Shown here: in pieces, positions 7,719 through 15,636 of the stretch
Numbering within the stretch: position 1 is the stretch's first letter
Layout: each line of letters starts with the position of its first letter
Assembly: GCA_963662655.2 (NCBI GenBank)
Contig: CAXXTU010000001.1
Coordinates: 9,751-73,750, forward strand
DNA: 64,000 nucleotides
Origin: Candidatus Cloacimonadales bacterium
GTDB taxonomy: Bacteria; Cloacimonadota; Cloacimonadia; Cloacimonadales; JAIOQZ01
Direction: 5' to 3'
Program-made: the position numbers and the translations under genes
Notes under the pieces: generated by a model
Database searches by the model: none
What the model was told of the DNA's origin: nothing
What the model saw: the letters and a program-made list of their open reading frames with translations, nothing else

Positions 7719-9725
7719 CTATCCTATTCCTATTGCTTTCATCAGTTCTTCAAAGTTGAGCTCTTCATCCTCGCGAGGCTTTGTATCAAGCTGGATGTTC
7801 TCACCCTCCACCGACGCCTTCACGATATCGTCGATGGTAAGTTCAGGCTCCGGCTGCTCGATCAGCGGCTGGTCTGCGAAAATCTCGCCAATCTCTTCGG
7901 TCATCGGCTGCTGTATCTGGCCGACGGCTTCATTGACCTTGAGCTGTATCTTCTCGGATGACTCCTGCACGTTCTTTTCGAGCTTGCGAATGCTTTGCAG
8001 TTCCTTCTGAAGAGCCTTCTGAGCTTGTGGCTTGTCCTTGGCGAGATGGATGAACGGATGCTGGTGCCGACGCGCTTCCGCCTGACAAATGAAGCGGTTT
8101 TTCGCGTCGTAGATGAGCACCGACCGCATGTCCATCAGATCGTAGCGTATCGTGACCTTATCGCCGATGTGCTGAATCAACTCGTCGTGCCAGAAGTGAA
8201 TGTTGCTGAAGCGTACTCCGGATGCCTGCACCACGCGGTCCGTGGCCGCGAGCATTAGGAAGTTGAGCTGAGTCAGGTCGATTTGCTGTTCCGCCGGTAT
8301 CACCGCTTCGTGGAAAACCTCGAATGGCTTGCGTCCGCCGATTCCAGTGTGCGGCGTCAGTCCGTACATCTTCTCGATGTAGAGACCGATCATCGCCTTC
8401 GCTTGCGGAATGGTCAGCGGCTTGCCTTCGAAGATGTTGCGCACCCACTTCTCGTTGCGCTTGAGCGTCGCCGGTTTGTCGTCGATGGAGCCGCCCCGGA
8501 AGGTGCTCATGTAGCGTTCGAAGTCGTCTTGAAAGGTTCGGAAGAACCGCTCGACCACCTTGGCGCGCGCGTTGTAAGCCTTGGCAAACGCCACGCCGAT
8601 GCCGAGTCGCGGGAAGATACCCTCCAACTCCTTGCTGAGGTCGTGCTTCTCCCAATGCTTGTTGAACAGTTTGCTCCGGAACGCTTTGCCATTATCGAGA
8701 TACACGTACTTCGGCTTGCCGCCCCAGTGCATGATCGAGTTGCGTAACGCGAGCAACACATGCTGAGAATCTTCCGAGACCGCCAACGATGCTCCCACCG
8801 GGTAACGGGAAGCCCAGTCGAAGAACATGATCATCGTCATGCGCCTGGGCTTTCCGGTAGCCGGATCGATGATGTCGAAAGCAAGTTTATGCCCGTCGGC
8901 AACCCAGACGTCGCCGACCTCGAGTTCGTCACTGCGAAGGATGCTGAGGATGCCGGTCTCCTTCAGCGACTTCTTGCCGTTACGAAGTAAGTTCCACTCA
9001 GGCTTGTGGCTGTCGCGCCACTCCTCACACCAGCGGCGTAGCGTCCTTTCGCTCGATGGTGACTCCAGCTTCTGCAAGGTTTCCATCTGCTTCAGCTTGC
9101 GGATGGCCGACCCGATGGATATGCGATTGGGGTTGAGCAGCAGGTGCAGCAGGAAGTTCTGTTCGGTCTCTGTCGCCTTACGTGTGGCTTCCGCGACCGT
9201 GTACTTGCGGATGAGCGACCTGGCGTCTCGTCCCGCTTTGACGTAGTTCCGCACCCAACGACGCAATGTCCGCTCGCCGCGATGTCCCTCGACCACGTAC
9301 AGCTCCGGCATGAAGCGTCTGTCGTTGTAAGCTTCGACGATTGTCTTCCACGCATCCGTCTTGGAGTCAGCCCGACTCAGGACTTCAAGAATGGCGTCGC
9401 AGAGCTGCGCACGCAGATGCGCCTGCTCCTGAAAATGCATGGGTTCGGTGTGCCTGGGGCGCAGGTCGGGTATCGTCTCGTCCCGTAGAGCTGGTACCGA
9501 AATCGAGACTGACTCTTCTTGTTCGTCCTCTTCTGAATCGTGTGCTGTTTCTGGCTCTGTCGGCGTCTCAGTCCTCTCATCTGGGACAGCATACAGCTTG
9601 CGACGCCCTCCCTGCGGCAAGGTCTCGTAGCGTGACTCCCATCCCTTCTCCCGCGCTATCTTGACTGCTGTCGGACGTGATACGTTCAACATGTCCTGCA
9701 ATTCCGAGCATGTCATCCAATTCAT
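7719..9725 (-). CDS. MuA-like DDE transposase
   Basis: 668 aa. N-terminal HTH (SELQDMLNVSRPTAVKIAREKGW). Integrase-core segment WVADGHKLAFDI...YVYLDNGKAFRS carries the D,D of the DDE triad. Long C-terminal domain with an acidic tail. Confidence 0.85.
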   Translation of the reverse strand: MNWMTCSELQDMLNVSRPTAVKIAREKGWESRYETLPQGGRRKLYAVPDERTETPTEPETAHDSEEDEQEESVSISVPALRDETIPDLRPRHTEPMHFQEQAHLRAQLCDAILEVLSRADSKTDAWKTIVEAYNDRRFMPELYVVEGHRGERTLRRWVRNYVKAGRDARSLIRKYTVAEATRKATETEQNFLLHLLLNPNRISIGSAIRKLKQMETLQKLESPSSERTLRRWCEEWRDSHKPEWNLLRNGKKSLKETGILSILRSDELEVGDVWVADGHKLAFDIIDPATGKPRRMTMIMFFDWASRYPVGASLAVSEDSQHVLLALRNSIMHWGGKPKYVYLDNGKAFRSKLFNKHWEKHDLSKELEGIFPRLGIGVAFAKAYNARAKVVERFFRTFQDDFERYMSTFRGGSIDDKPATLKRNEKWVRNIFEGKPLTIPQAKAMIGLYIEKMYGLTPHTGIGGRKPFEVFHEAVIPAEQQIDLTQLNFLMLAATDRVVQASGVRFSNIHFWHDELIQHIGDKVTIRYDLMDMRSVLIYDAKNRFICQAEARRHQHPFIHLAKDKPQAQKALQKELQSIRKLEKNVQESSEKIQLKVNEAVGQIQQPMTEEIGEIFADQPLIEQPEPELTIDDIVKASVEGENIQLDTKPREDEELNFEELMKAIGIG

Positions 9726-9958
9726 CCGATCCTCCTTCTCGCGTCTCTCGCATTTATGCTAAATGCTTCTCCTGTAATCTGACTCAATTCCGGTTCGAGA
9801 AGTTCGAGGAATGCGTCAGCTTTTCGCATATTCTTCTCGCCCCTCATATAATATTCAAGCATCCGCATCGAAATTCCTATGGTTTCAGAAATCTCGGAAA
9901 TGCTGATTCCTTTATGCTTTATGGCAGCCTTGAATTCGTTTTGCGTGTACTTTTTCAA
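9722..9958 (-). CDS. Ner/Cro-like XRE-family HTH protein
   Basis: 78 aa. ISISEISETIGISMRMLEYYMRGEK is an HTH. ATGA overlap with the transposase start. Divergent from the repressor gene. Confidence 0.6.
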   Translation of the reverse strand: MKKYTQNEFKAAIKHKGISISEISETIGISMRMLEYYMRGEKNMRKADAFLELLEPELSQITGEAFSINARDARRRIG

Positions 9959-10101
9959 TCCCTTCTCCCTTCCGCTGAAAATTTTCCATTGACACCGGTT
10001 CGTGTTTGTGCAATTTCGAGTTCATGCATCAATAAAGAAGAATTGCGTGCGAAATGTCAACAGATTTCTCGCATAAACTGTAAGTCATTGCAGGAGAAAG
10101 C
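9959..10101. promoter_or_regulatory. divergent immunity-region promoter/operator interval
   Basis: 143-bp gap between the divergent repressor and ner-like genes. Contains TTGACA (9989-9994) and ATTTCG / CGAAAT-type repeats (CAATTTCGAG, GCGAAATGTCA, GATTTCTCGC). The assignment rests on position only. Confidence 0.35.
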
Positions 10102-10845
10102 ATGGAAGTAAAAGACAGATTGGCGGCTGTAGTTAAGTCGTTAGAAATGAAAAAGATGGATTTTGCGTCGTCTATCGGCGTGTCAACCGGAAACCTCTCG
10201 GACTGGCTCTCTGACAAGAAAAAGAGCAAACCGTCCATCGATGCGCTGGTTCGTATTTGCGAAATGCATGCCGTGAACATGAACTGGCTGCTCACAGGAC
10301 AGGGCTCGATGTTCATCGAACCCTTCCCCGAAGCGTTACTCGAGACCGAGGACGGCAAGAAGAAGCGGCTCGAAATGCTCAAGCACACGGTCAAGACCAT
10401 CGATGGCAGGCCGTATAACCCGTCCGACAACTACTTCAGCCGGACGGTGAGTCTGCCGGTGGAAGCGGAGATTGCTGCGGGGCCTCCCGTCAAAGCGAAG
10501 AAAGACAGCCTCGCGTATATCGAAATCCCGCGCGTGTTCCTTTCGAGCGATACGGTGAACTACTGCGTGTTTCGAGTGAACGGTCACAGTATGGAGCCGA
10601 ACATCCATCATGGCGACATCGTGGTCATTCATTACAACTACGACTGGATGAGTCTCGATGGTAAGGTCTGCGCTGTTCGAACCGATGATGGCATCACGCT
10701 GAAGAAGGTCCAGCTCGTACCGAAGAACAAACAGGTACTCCTCCTCCCATTCAACAAAGACTACAATGTCATCGTGCTCGACGAGGATTCACCAATGGAC
10801 GTTCACCTCGTGGGTGTGGTGGTGATTCAGTTCAGGCTATATTAG
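10102..10845 (+). CDS. phage repressor, XRE HTH + S24 (LexA/CI-type) autopeptidase
   Basis: N-terminal HTH (MDFASSIGVSTGNLSDWLSDKK). C-terminal VNGHSMEPNIHHGDIVVI (Ser nucleophile) and ITLKKV (Lys). It is transcribed towards the element end, as Mu c is. Confidence 0.85.
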   Translation: MEVKDRLAAVVKSLEMKKMDFASSIGVSTGNLSDWLSDKKKSKPSIDALVRICEMHAVNMNWLLTGQGSMFIEPFPEALLETEDGKKKRLEMLKHTVKTIDGRPYNPSDNYFSRTVSLPVEAEIAAGPPVKAKKDSLAYIEIPRVFLSSDTVNYCVFRVNGHSMEPNIHHGDIVVIHYNYDWMSLDGKVCAVRTDDGITLKKVQLVPKNKQVLLLPFNKDYNVIVLDEDSPMDVHLVGVVVIQFRLY

Positions 10846-10852
10846 AAGAATT

Positions 10853-10908
10853 GGCGAGCATCGGTTCGATCGGGTTCGTTTCACCCGGTCGTTTGACGCT
10901 CGCCTTTT
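10853..10908 (+). terminator. structured intrinsic terminator after the repressor gene
   Basis: Outer stem GGCGAGC (10853-10859) / GCTCGCC (10898-10904) followed by TTTT. Inner hairpin CGGGT...ACCCG (10871-10887). Confidence 0.5.
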
Positions 10909-10917
10909 CCATTGCGT

Positions 10918-11001
10918 TTTACAAACGTTTTACAGTCGCTCTTTTACAAACGCCCTTTACACACGTTTACAGACGCCCCTTTTACAGTCGCTTTACAGAC
11001 G
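10918..11001 (+). repeat. array of seven direct TTTACA-NN-CG decamers (candidate transposase or end-binding sites)
   Basis: Copies start at 10918 (tttacaaacg), 10929 (tttacagtcg), 10943 (tttacaaacg), 10956 (tttacacacg), 10966 (tttacagacg), 10981 (tttacagtcg) and 10992 (tttacagacg). Start-to-start spacing is 10-15 bp. The repeats are certain; their function is inferred. Confidence 0.7.
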
Positions 11002-11122
11002 ATATCCCATGAGCTTGCGCGAATCTCCACGGAAATAACGGCTTAACACGGCTGCGCGAGTGGAACCCATGTGCCAAACTCGTGGCACTGAAGGGGACGA
11101 AACGCACCGTTTCTGCCATTTC

Positions 11123-11193
11123 TTTACAGACGCTTGCAGATGTCTATCTCGCAAGTCCGTCGATGCTTGGGTGGAAACCCGAGCGTCTGTAAA
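11123..11193. repeat. two further copies of the decamer, one inverted, nearer the presumed element end
   Basis: tttacagacg at 11123-11132 (direct) and cgtctgtaaa at 11184-11193 (inverted). Confidence 0.65.
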
Positions 11194-11306
11194 CTTCTGC
11201 CAAGGGGGTGTCATTTTATAGTGTGTGTGAAGTGACACGCGATTTGGCAAATCGCTACCGGAACTTGACAAAACAAACACACATTACAATAACTTAGAAA
11301 AACGAA

Positions 11307-12293
11307 ATGGAGCAGCCTATGATGAAGCTAAAAAATCTTGAGGACAATAGACTCCTGGCATTGGACTTACTTTCACACTGGCAATATGATCAGGAATCGA
11401 TCTCAATCCTTGATCAATTTCGAATATCGGCCAACGCGGTGTACCCGTTCAATCGATTTGGAGAAATCTGTATCTTGCGGTTTGCACCTGTGGAAGAAAA
11501 AAAGGCTGAAAATGTTCAAGCCGAATTGAACTTTCTCTCCTACCTCCGCAGCAATGGATTCCCAGTCCCTGATACGGTGCCAGCGAAAAACGGATATCAA
11601 TTACTGGTTATCGATACGGAATGGGGACGATATATCGCGGTTGTGTTTAAGCGTGTTGCCGGAACGAAAATGGAAGACATCGAGTATTCCGATAGACTGT
11701 TCACAGGATATGGGCAAACTCTGGGCAAACTGCATAATCTCAGTCGATCCTATCATCCGGCCAATCCCAAACGTCCAAGCTGGAAGCAGCAATTAGCCAG
11801 TGTAGAATCAGTGTTGCGAGAATGCCATGCTCCGGAAAAAGTACTCGATGAGGCAGCTCAAATTCGTGCGGGTCTCAATCGGATTCCGGAAACCCATGAG
11901 ACTTATGGTTTGATTCATTATGATTATCAACTGGACAACGTTTTCTTTTCAGAATCGCAAGGCATGTTTCCGGTAATTGATTTCGACGATTCGATCTATC
12001 ATTGGTATGTAATGGATGTAATCATTGCCCTAAACTGCATAGAAAGCGAACTCTCCGATCTGTATAAGCAAAGTGCCCGAGAGAACTTCCTGGCGGGTTA
12101 CCAGCAAATGACTAACTTGCCGGAAGATTTGTTTGCCGAAAGATCATTTTTTCACCGGTATGAGAACTTGATCCGATACTCTCGTTGTCTCTGGTCCACT
12201 TCAGAAGCATATGAGAACGAGCCGGAATGGATGGCTGATCTGAGAGATCACCTAACAACGTTAGTTGTTGAATATGAAGAATCATTGGATTGA
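11307..12293 (+). CDS. phosphotransferase-enzyme-family kinase (APH/ChoK-like fold)
   Basis: LIHYDYQLDNVFF (HxDxxxxN catalytic loop) and VIDFDD (DFD metal-binding motif). An alternative start at ATG 11319 is preceded by GGAG with a 6-nt spacer. Confidence 0.75.
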   Translation: MEQPMMKLKNLEDNRLLALDLLSHWQYDQESISILDQFRISANAVYPFNRFGEICILRFAPVEEKKAENVQAELNFLSYLRSNGFPVPDTVPAKNGYQLLVIDTEWGRYIAVVFKRVAGTKMEDIEYSDRLFTGYGQTLGKLHNLSRSYHPANPKRPSWKQQLASVESVLRECHAPEKVLDEAAQIRAGLNRIPETHETYGLIHYDYQLDNVFFSESQGMFPVIDFDDSIYHWYVMDVIIALNCIESELSDLYKQSARENFLAGYQQMTNLPEDLFAERSFFHRYENLIRYSRCLWSTSEAYENEPEWMADLRDHLTTLVVEYEESLD

Positions 12294-12471
12294 AGCATCA
12301 ACATAGATTAGATCGATAGTAACTTCTGCCAAAGGGGAATACTTCTTATAAATGGAGGAAAAACGAACAAGTTAACATCAAACTCATTATTCAAATAAAT
12401 GCAGAAATTGTTTTACTTATTTTTGGGACATCGGCAAAATGGCGCGCCAATAGTTGGGAACTGGAGTGAAC

Positions 12472-13047
12472 ATGGATAAAAAGATTTTTCATTACATAGC
12501 GAAATACAGATTATGGATCACGCGTGCGATCGCCCTTGCATGCATCATTGAATTTTTAATACAGGGCATTCCTCGCTTTGTCCATCAAACGCAATCCATT
12601 GCATTCTACTCGATCGGTTCGATTTTGATAATCATGGGTAATTTTATCCGCTCCTGGGCAGCGGGAGTTTTACACAAACGGAAGAAGGTTACCTGCACTG
12701 GGCCGTATTCTCTTTGCCGGAATCCACTCTATCTGGGCTCGGGACTTGTCGCGATCGGCTTCGGGTTCTTCCTGAACGACCCCTGGTACTGGCTGGCCTT
12801 GGTGTTCGTTGCGATATTCATTTACCCGGTGACAATCAAGAATGAGGAAATCAACATGAGGAGCCTCCACGCGGAGGAGTGGGATCAGTATACCGATCAG
12901 GTCGGTACGTTTTACCCGAAGAAACTGAGGTTTGAAGACATCCAGGCCGAGTGGTCGCTTAAATTGTGGACCGCCAACCGCGAGTATAACATGTTCGTTG
13001 CCTCGATTGTCGCTTTGGTCGGGCTAATCTTCTGGATTCATCTGTAA
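12472..13047 (+). CDS. isoprenylcysteine carboxyl / phospholipid methyltransferase-family membrane protein
   Basis: Multi-pass hydrophobic protein with GPYSLCRNPLYLG (family motif G.Y...R.P.Y.G). Start moved to ATG 12472, preceded by GGAG at 12463-12466. Confidence 0.65.
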   Translation: MDKKIFHYIAKYRLWITRAIALACIIEFLIQGIPRFVHQTQSIAFYSIGSILIIMGNFIRSWAAGVLHKRKKVTCTGPYSLCRNPLYLGSGLVAIGFGFFLNDPWYWLALVFVAIFIYPVTIKNEEINMRSLHAEEWDQYTDQVGTFYPKKLRFEDIQAEWSLKLWTANREYNMFVASIVALVGLIFWIHL

Positions 13048-13128
13048 GACGAGCTGCTACTTCAGCAACGTAATCTTCCGCACCTCGGAATATCCGCCGT
13101 GTCACCCTGAGCGGAGTCGAAGAGTAAT

Positions 13129-15513
13129 TTACTTCACCATCAGCACCTTCTGCACCTCAGTCCTATCCCCTGCTTGCAGGCGCAGCAAGTACACCCCACC
13201 CGCCACGATCTTCATCCGCTCATTGCGGCCATCCCAGACAGCGGTGTGCCTGCCGGCAGCGAGGTGTTCGTCCACCAGTATCGTTACGCGTTGCCCTCGA
13301 ATATTGTACACGTTAAGTTTCACGTGAGCTGCTTCTGGCAGGCTATATGTGATGCGTGTCCACGGATTGAACGGATTCGGGTAGTTGGCAAGAGCAAGTG
13401 CTGTTGCCGGGACATCCTCAGGTTCCGGCTCTGGTGAGACGCCCACGGAGCCATATTCGTGGCAGCCGATATCGACACAGCCGTCCCACACCCGTGCGCG
13501 TTTGCAGAGGTCGAGCGACGGAAGTCCCAGTCCGGTCGTGTCGGGCGTACCGGCGTTGATGAGCGGGGAGTCCTCCTGCGGGTAGTAAAATTGCTCGGCA
13601 TTGGTCAGTAGTGGATTGAGATCGAGATTACCATCACCCCAGATGACCTCGTTGTTCGGGGAATAAATTCCGTCAATTCCGTTATTCACAAGAGAGTAGC
13701 CCACTTCTATCGCACATGGCGCAGAGCTGTCATTCTCAAACTCGTACGCAGTTTCATCGTAAAACACACAGTTTACAAATCGTGTTGGGTCGACATCAAA
13801 CTGATCACTCACTCGATGAACCAGAATAGTGCTATACTCGGATTGATTGCCTGCGAACGTGCAATTCACGAATGCAATGCTTCCAGAATTTGGCTCGACG
13901 AAGAAAGTGTGGTCATTGGGTGAAACATTATCGGCAAAAAGACTATTTGAGACCACAAGGTGTGCGCCAGATTCTGCCCTTCCGTTTAGGATAACGCCCA
14001 CTCTGTGCCAGTCTGCCCCAAAGTCATTTATGTTGTTCACTACGACCAAGCCGTTAATATGAGAATCACCGCAGACGTTTATATTGAAGCCTGAGTTCGA
14101 ATTGTATTCTGGCTCATCGCCAATGGCGTGATTGTTTCGAACAATACAATCTTCAATTATGACGTCTTGGCCATTCACAAGAAGCCCTGCATCCAGATAC
14201 CCTTCGTTGTTCTCTACTACAGCATTGCGCAACGTTAACTGATTTGATCCAATCAGCGTAACAGATGGAAGTCTGCCTGTTTCGAGCCCCGAGACATGAA
14301 TGTCCTCGACGAGTGCGCCTGTGCAATGAAGTAAGTATAACGTATGAGGAGACCATATCTCATCCTGATAGACAGGATAATAATTTGCGAGCGTCATGCC
14401 CGAAATCCTGATGCTATCGGCATAGCCACAATACAATAATTTCTGCGCATTATACGTCTCCAGAAATGTCATATCGGAACCAGCCCCAATGAGAGACACG
14501 TGTGATTTTAGACCAACACCGTATTCCTGATTTCCATTTAGGTCTGTATATACACCCGGTTCGAGATAAATACTCCGAGGAGATACTGGATTGGAAGCAA
14601 TCATGTAGCTTGCTCTGCGAATCGTACGCAATGGATCGGCCGGGCTCAATCCGCTGTTTCCGTCATCACCGTTTGGAGAAACGTACAGGTCGGCATCCGT
14701 CTCCTCGAATGTCCAGTGATTGTGATGGAGAATCAATTGCGGCTCGGGTGTAACATAGTCATCAAACTGGATACCGGCATAGGCAGGATAGGGGGTTTCT
14801 GTCGTTAGCGTATCAGCGTAGATTTCATAATCGTATTGAGCGTTGCCGATTGAAATGTCGTGCCAATAAACACCTTCGTTATCATAAATACTGCATGGAT
14901 GTTCTGGGTCAGTGAATAGCTGAGAATAGATTAGATTGACTCCAGCGGTTCCATTACTGGCATGATTATCATGTATGCTGACGTTACTCATATAAAGATC
15001 GCCCCAGTAAATGAAATTGATACCAGCACCGAACTCCGCACTGTTATATTTGATTTGGCAGTTGTTAATGTGGACTTCGTGTATATAGTTATAGTCACCG
15101 CAGGCTATATGGACTCCTCCTCCAGCATAAGAGGGCCAATACCAGTTTCTTATGTAACCTGTACCATGAATGATGGTGAATCCATGTATGATTGCATCCG
15201 CTGGCTGGGGCGAACTTTCCAGTACCATACGAACAACGGAGCCACTGAAGTTTCCATCGAGGATAGTGGAGTGTATGTATTGCTCCTCGCCAGTCGTGTA
15301 GTTCAAGCTTGCGAGCGTGATGAACTTGTCATCGATGACGATATTCTCGTAGTAAGTTCCTGGGTGCACAAGAACCACATCGCCGTTGTTTGCGGCATTA
15401 ACAGCAGCTTGTACGCTTGTGTAGTCCTGGCTGCCGTCGAGGGCAACGGTGAGGGTGGTCGTAAAAAGCACCGGAGTCAACAACAACAGAAGCAAGGTTA
15501 CTCGAGTTCGCAT
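13129..15513 (-). CDS. right-handed beta-helix repeat secreted protein with T9SS C-terminal sorting domain
   Basis: Signal peptide MRTRVTLLLLLLTPVLF from ATG 15513 (GGGAGA RBS). Repeated N-rich beta-helix rungs (NNCQIKYNSAEFGAGINF, VENNEGYLDAGLLVNG, NCTFAGNQSEY). Tail LANYPNPFNPWTRITYSL...VYNIRGQRV...GVYLLRLQ. Confidence 0.8.
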   Translation of the reverse strand: MRTRVTLLLLLLTPVLFTTTLTVALDGSQDYTSVQAAVNAANNGDVVLVHPGTYYENIVIDDKFITLASLNYTTGEEQYIHSTILDGNFSGSVVRMVLESSPQPADAIIHGFTIIHGTGYIRNWYWPSYAGGGVHIACGDYNYIHEVHINNCQIKYNSAEFGAGINFIYWGDLYMSNVSIHDNHASNGTAGVNLIYSQLFTDPEHPCSIYDNEGVYWHDISIGNAQYDYEIYADTLTTETPYPAYAGIQFDDYVTPEPQLILHHNHWTFEETDADLYVSPNGDDGNSGLSPADPLRTIRRASYMIASNPVSPRSIYLEPGVYTDLNGNQEYGVGLKSHVSLIGAGSDMTFLETYNAQKLLYCGYADSIRISGMTLANYYPVYQDEIWSPHTLYLLHCTGALVEDIHVSGLETGRLPSVTLIGSNQLTLRNAVVENNEGYLDAGLLVNGQDVIIEDCIVRNNHAIGDEPEYNSNSGFNINVCGDSHINGLVVVNNINDFGADWHRVGVILNGRAESGAHLVVSNSLFADNVSPNDHTFFVEPNSGSIAFVNCTFAGNQSEYSTILVHRVSDQFDVDPTRFVNCVFYDETAYEFENDSSAPCAIEVGYSLVNNGIDGIYSPNNEVIWGDGNLDLNPLLTNAEQFYYPQEDSPLINAGTPDTTGLGLPSLDLCKRARVWDGCVDIGCHEYGSVGVSPEPEPEDVPATALALANYPNPFNPWTRITYSLPEAAHVKLNVYNIRGQRVTILVDEHLAAGRHTAVWDGRNERMKIVAGGVYLLRLQAGDRTEVQKVLMVK

Positions 15514-15538
15514 GAGGTCTCCCTTAACTCCCCCCCAA

Positions 15539-15615
15539 CCCTCTCCCGCAAGCGGGAGAGGGTGGAGAGAAGAAGATTGTAGCTTATGCTTCGATACGTC
15601 CCGACAATTCGGGAC
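15539..15615. other. two GC-rich stem-loops in the intergenic space (REP-like / terminator-like)
   Basis: CCCTCTCCCGC-AA-GCGGGAGAGGG (perfect 11-bp stem, 15539-15562) and GTCCCGA-CAAT-TCGGGAC (15598-15615). They lie downstream of the stop at 15637 on the minus strand. No clear U-tract follows. Confidence 0.5.
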
Positions 15616-15636
15616 ACTCAGCATGACACGTTTATT

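Larger units (their letters stand above)
1700..11283 (-). mobile_element. Mu-like transposable prophage, truncated or miniature (~9.6 kb); boundaries approximate
   Basis: Gene order matches transposable phages: repressor <-> ner-like, MuA-like, MuB-like, DUF3164, gemA-like, TerS, TerL, Mu F-like. By eye the base composition is more GC-rich than the flanks at 1-1700 and 11300-13000. A repeat array sits distal to the repressor (10918-11193). The element may end at ...ACACACA (11283), giving 5'-TG on the element strand. No matching inverted repeats were found at the 1.5-2.2 kb side. Confidence 0.75.

Noticed and set aside
10918-11001. Possible CRISPR-like or tandem-repeat array.
   Set aside because: The units are only 10 bp, separated by 0-5 bp, with no spacers and no cas genes. 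The position at a transposable-phage end fits protein-binding sites better.
10993-11280. 95-aa ORF at the Mu-like end.
   Set aside because: It overlaps the decamer repeat array and the presumed terminal sequences. It has no RBS, and the product is Ser/Arg-rich with no motif.
13095-13122. GTCACCCTGAGCGGAGTCGAAGAG in the convergent gap after the methyltransferase gene. It resembles short repeat words seen in some environmental genomes.
   Set aside because: There is a single occurrence in this window and only a weak stem. It cannot be supported as a repeat family from this sequence.
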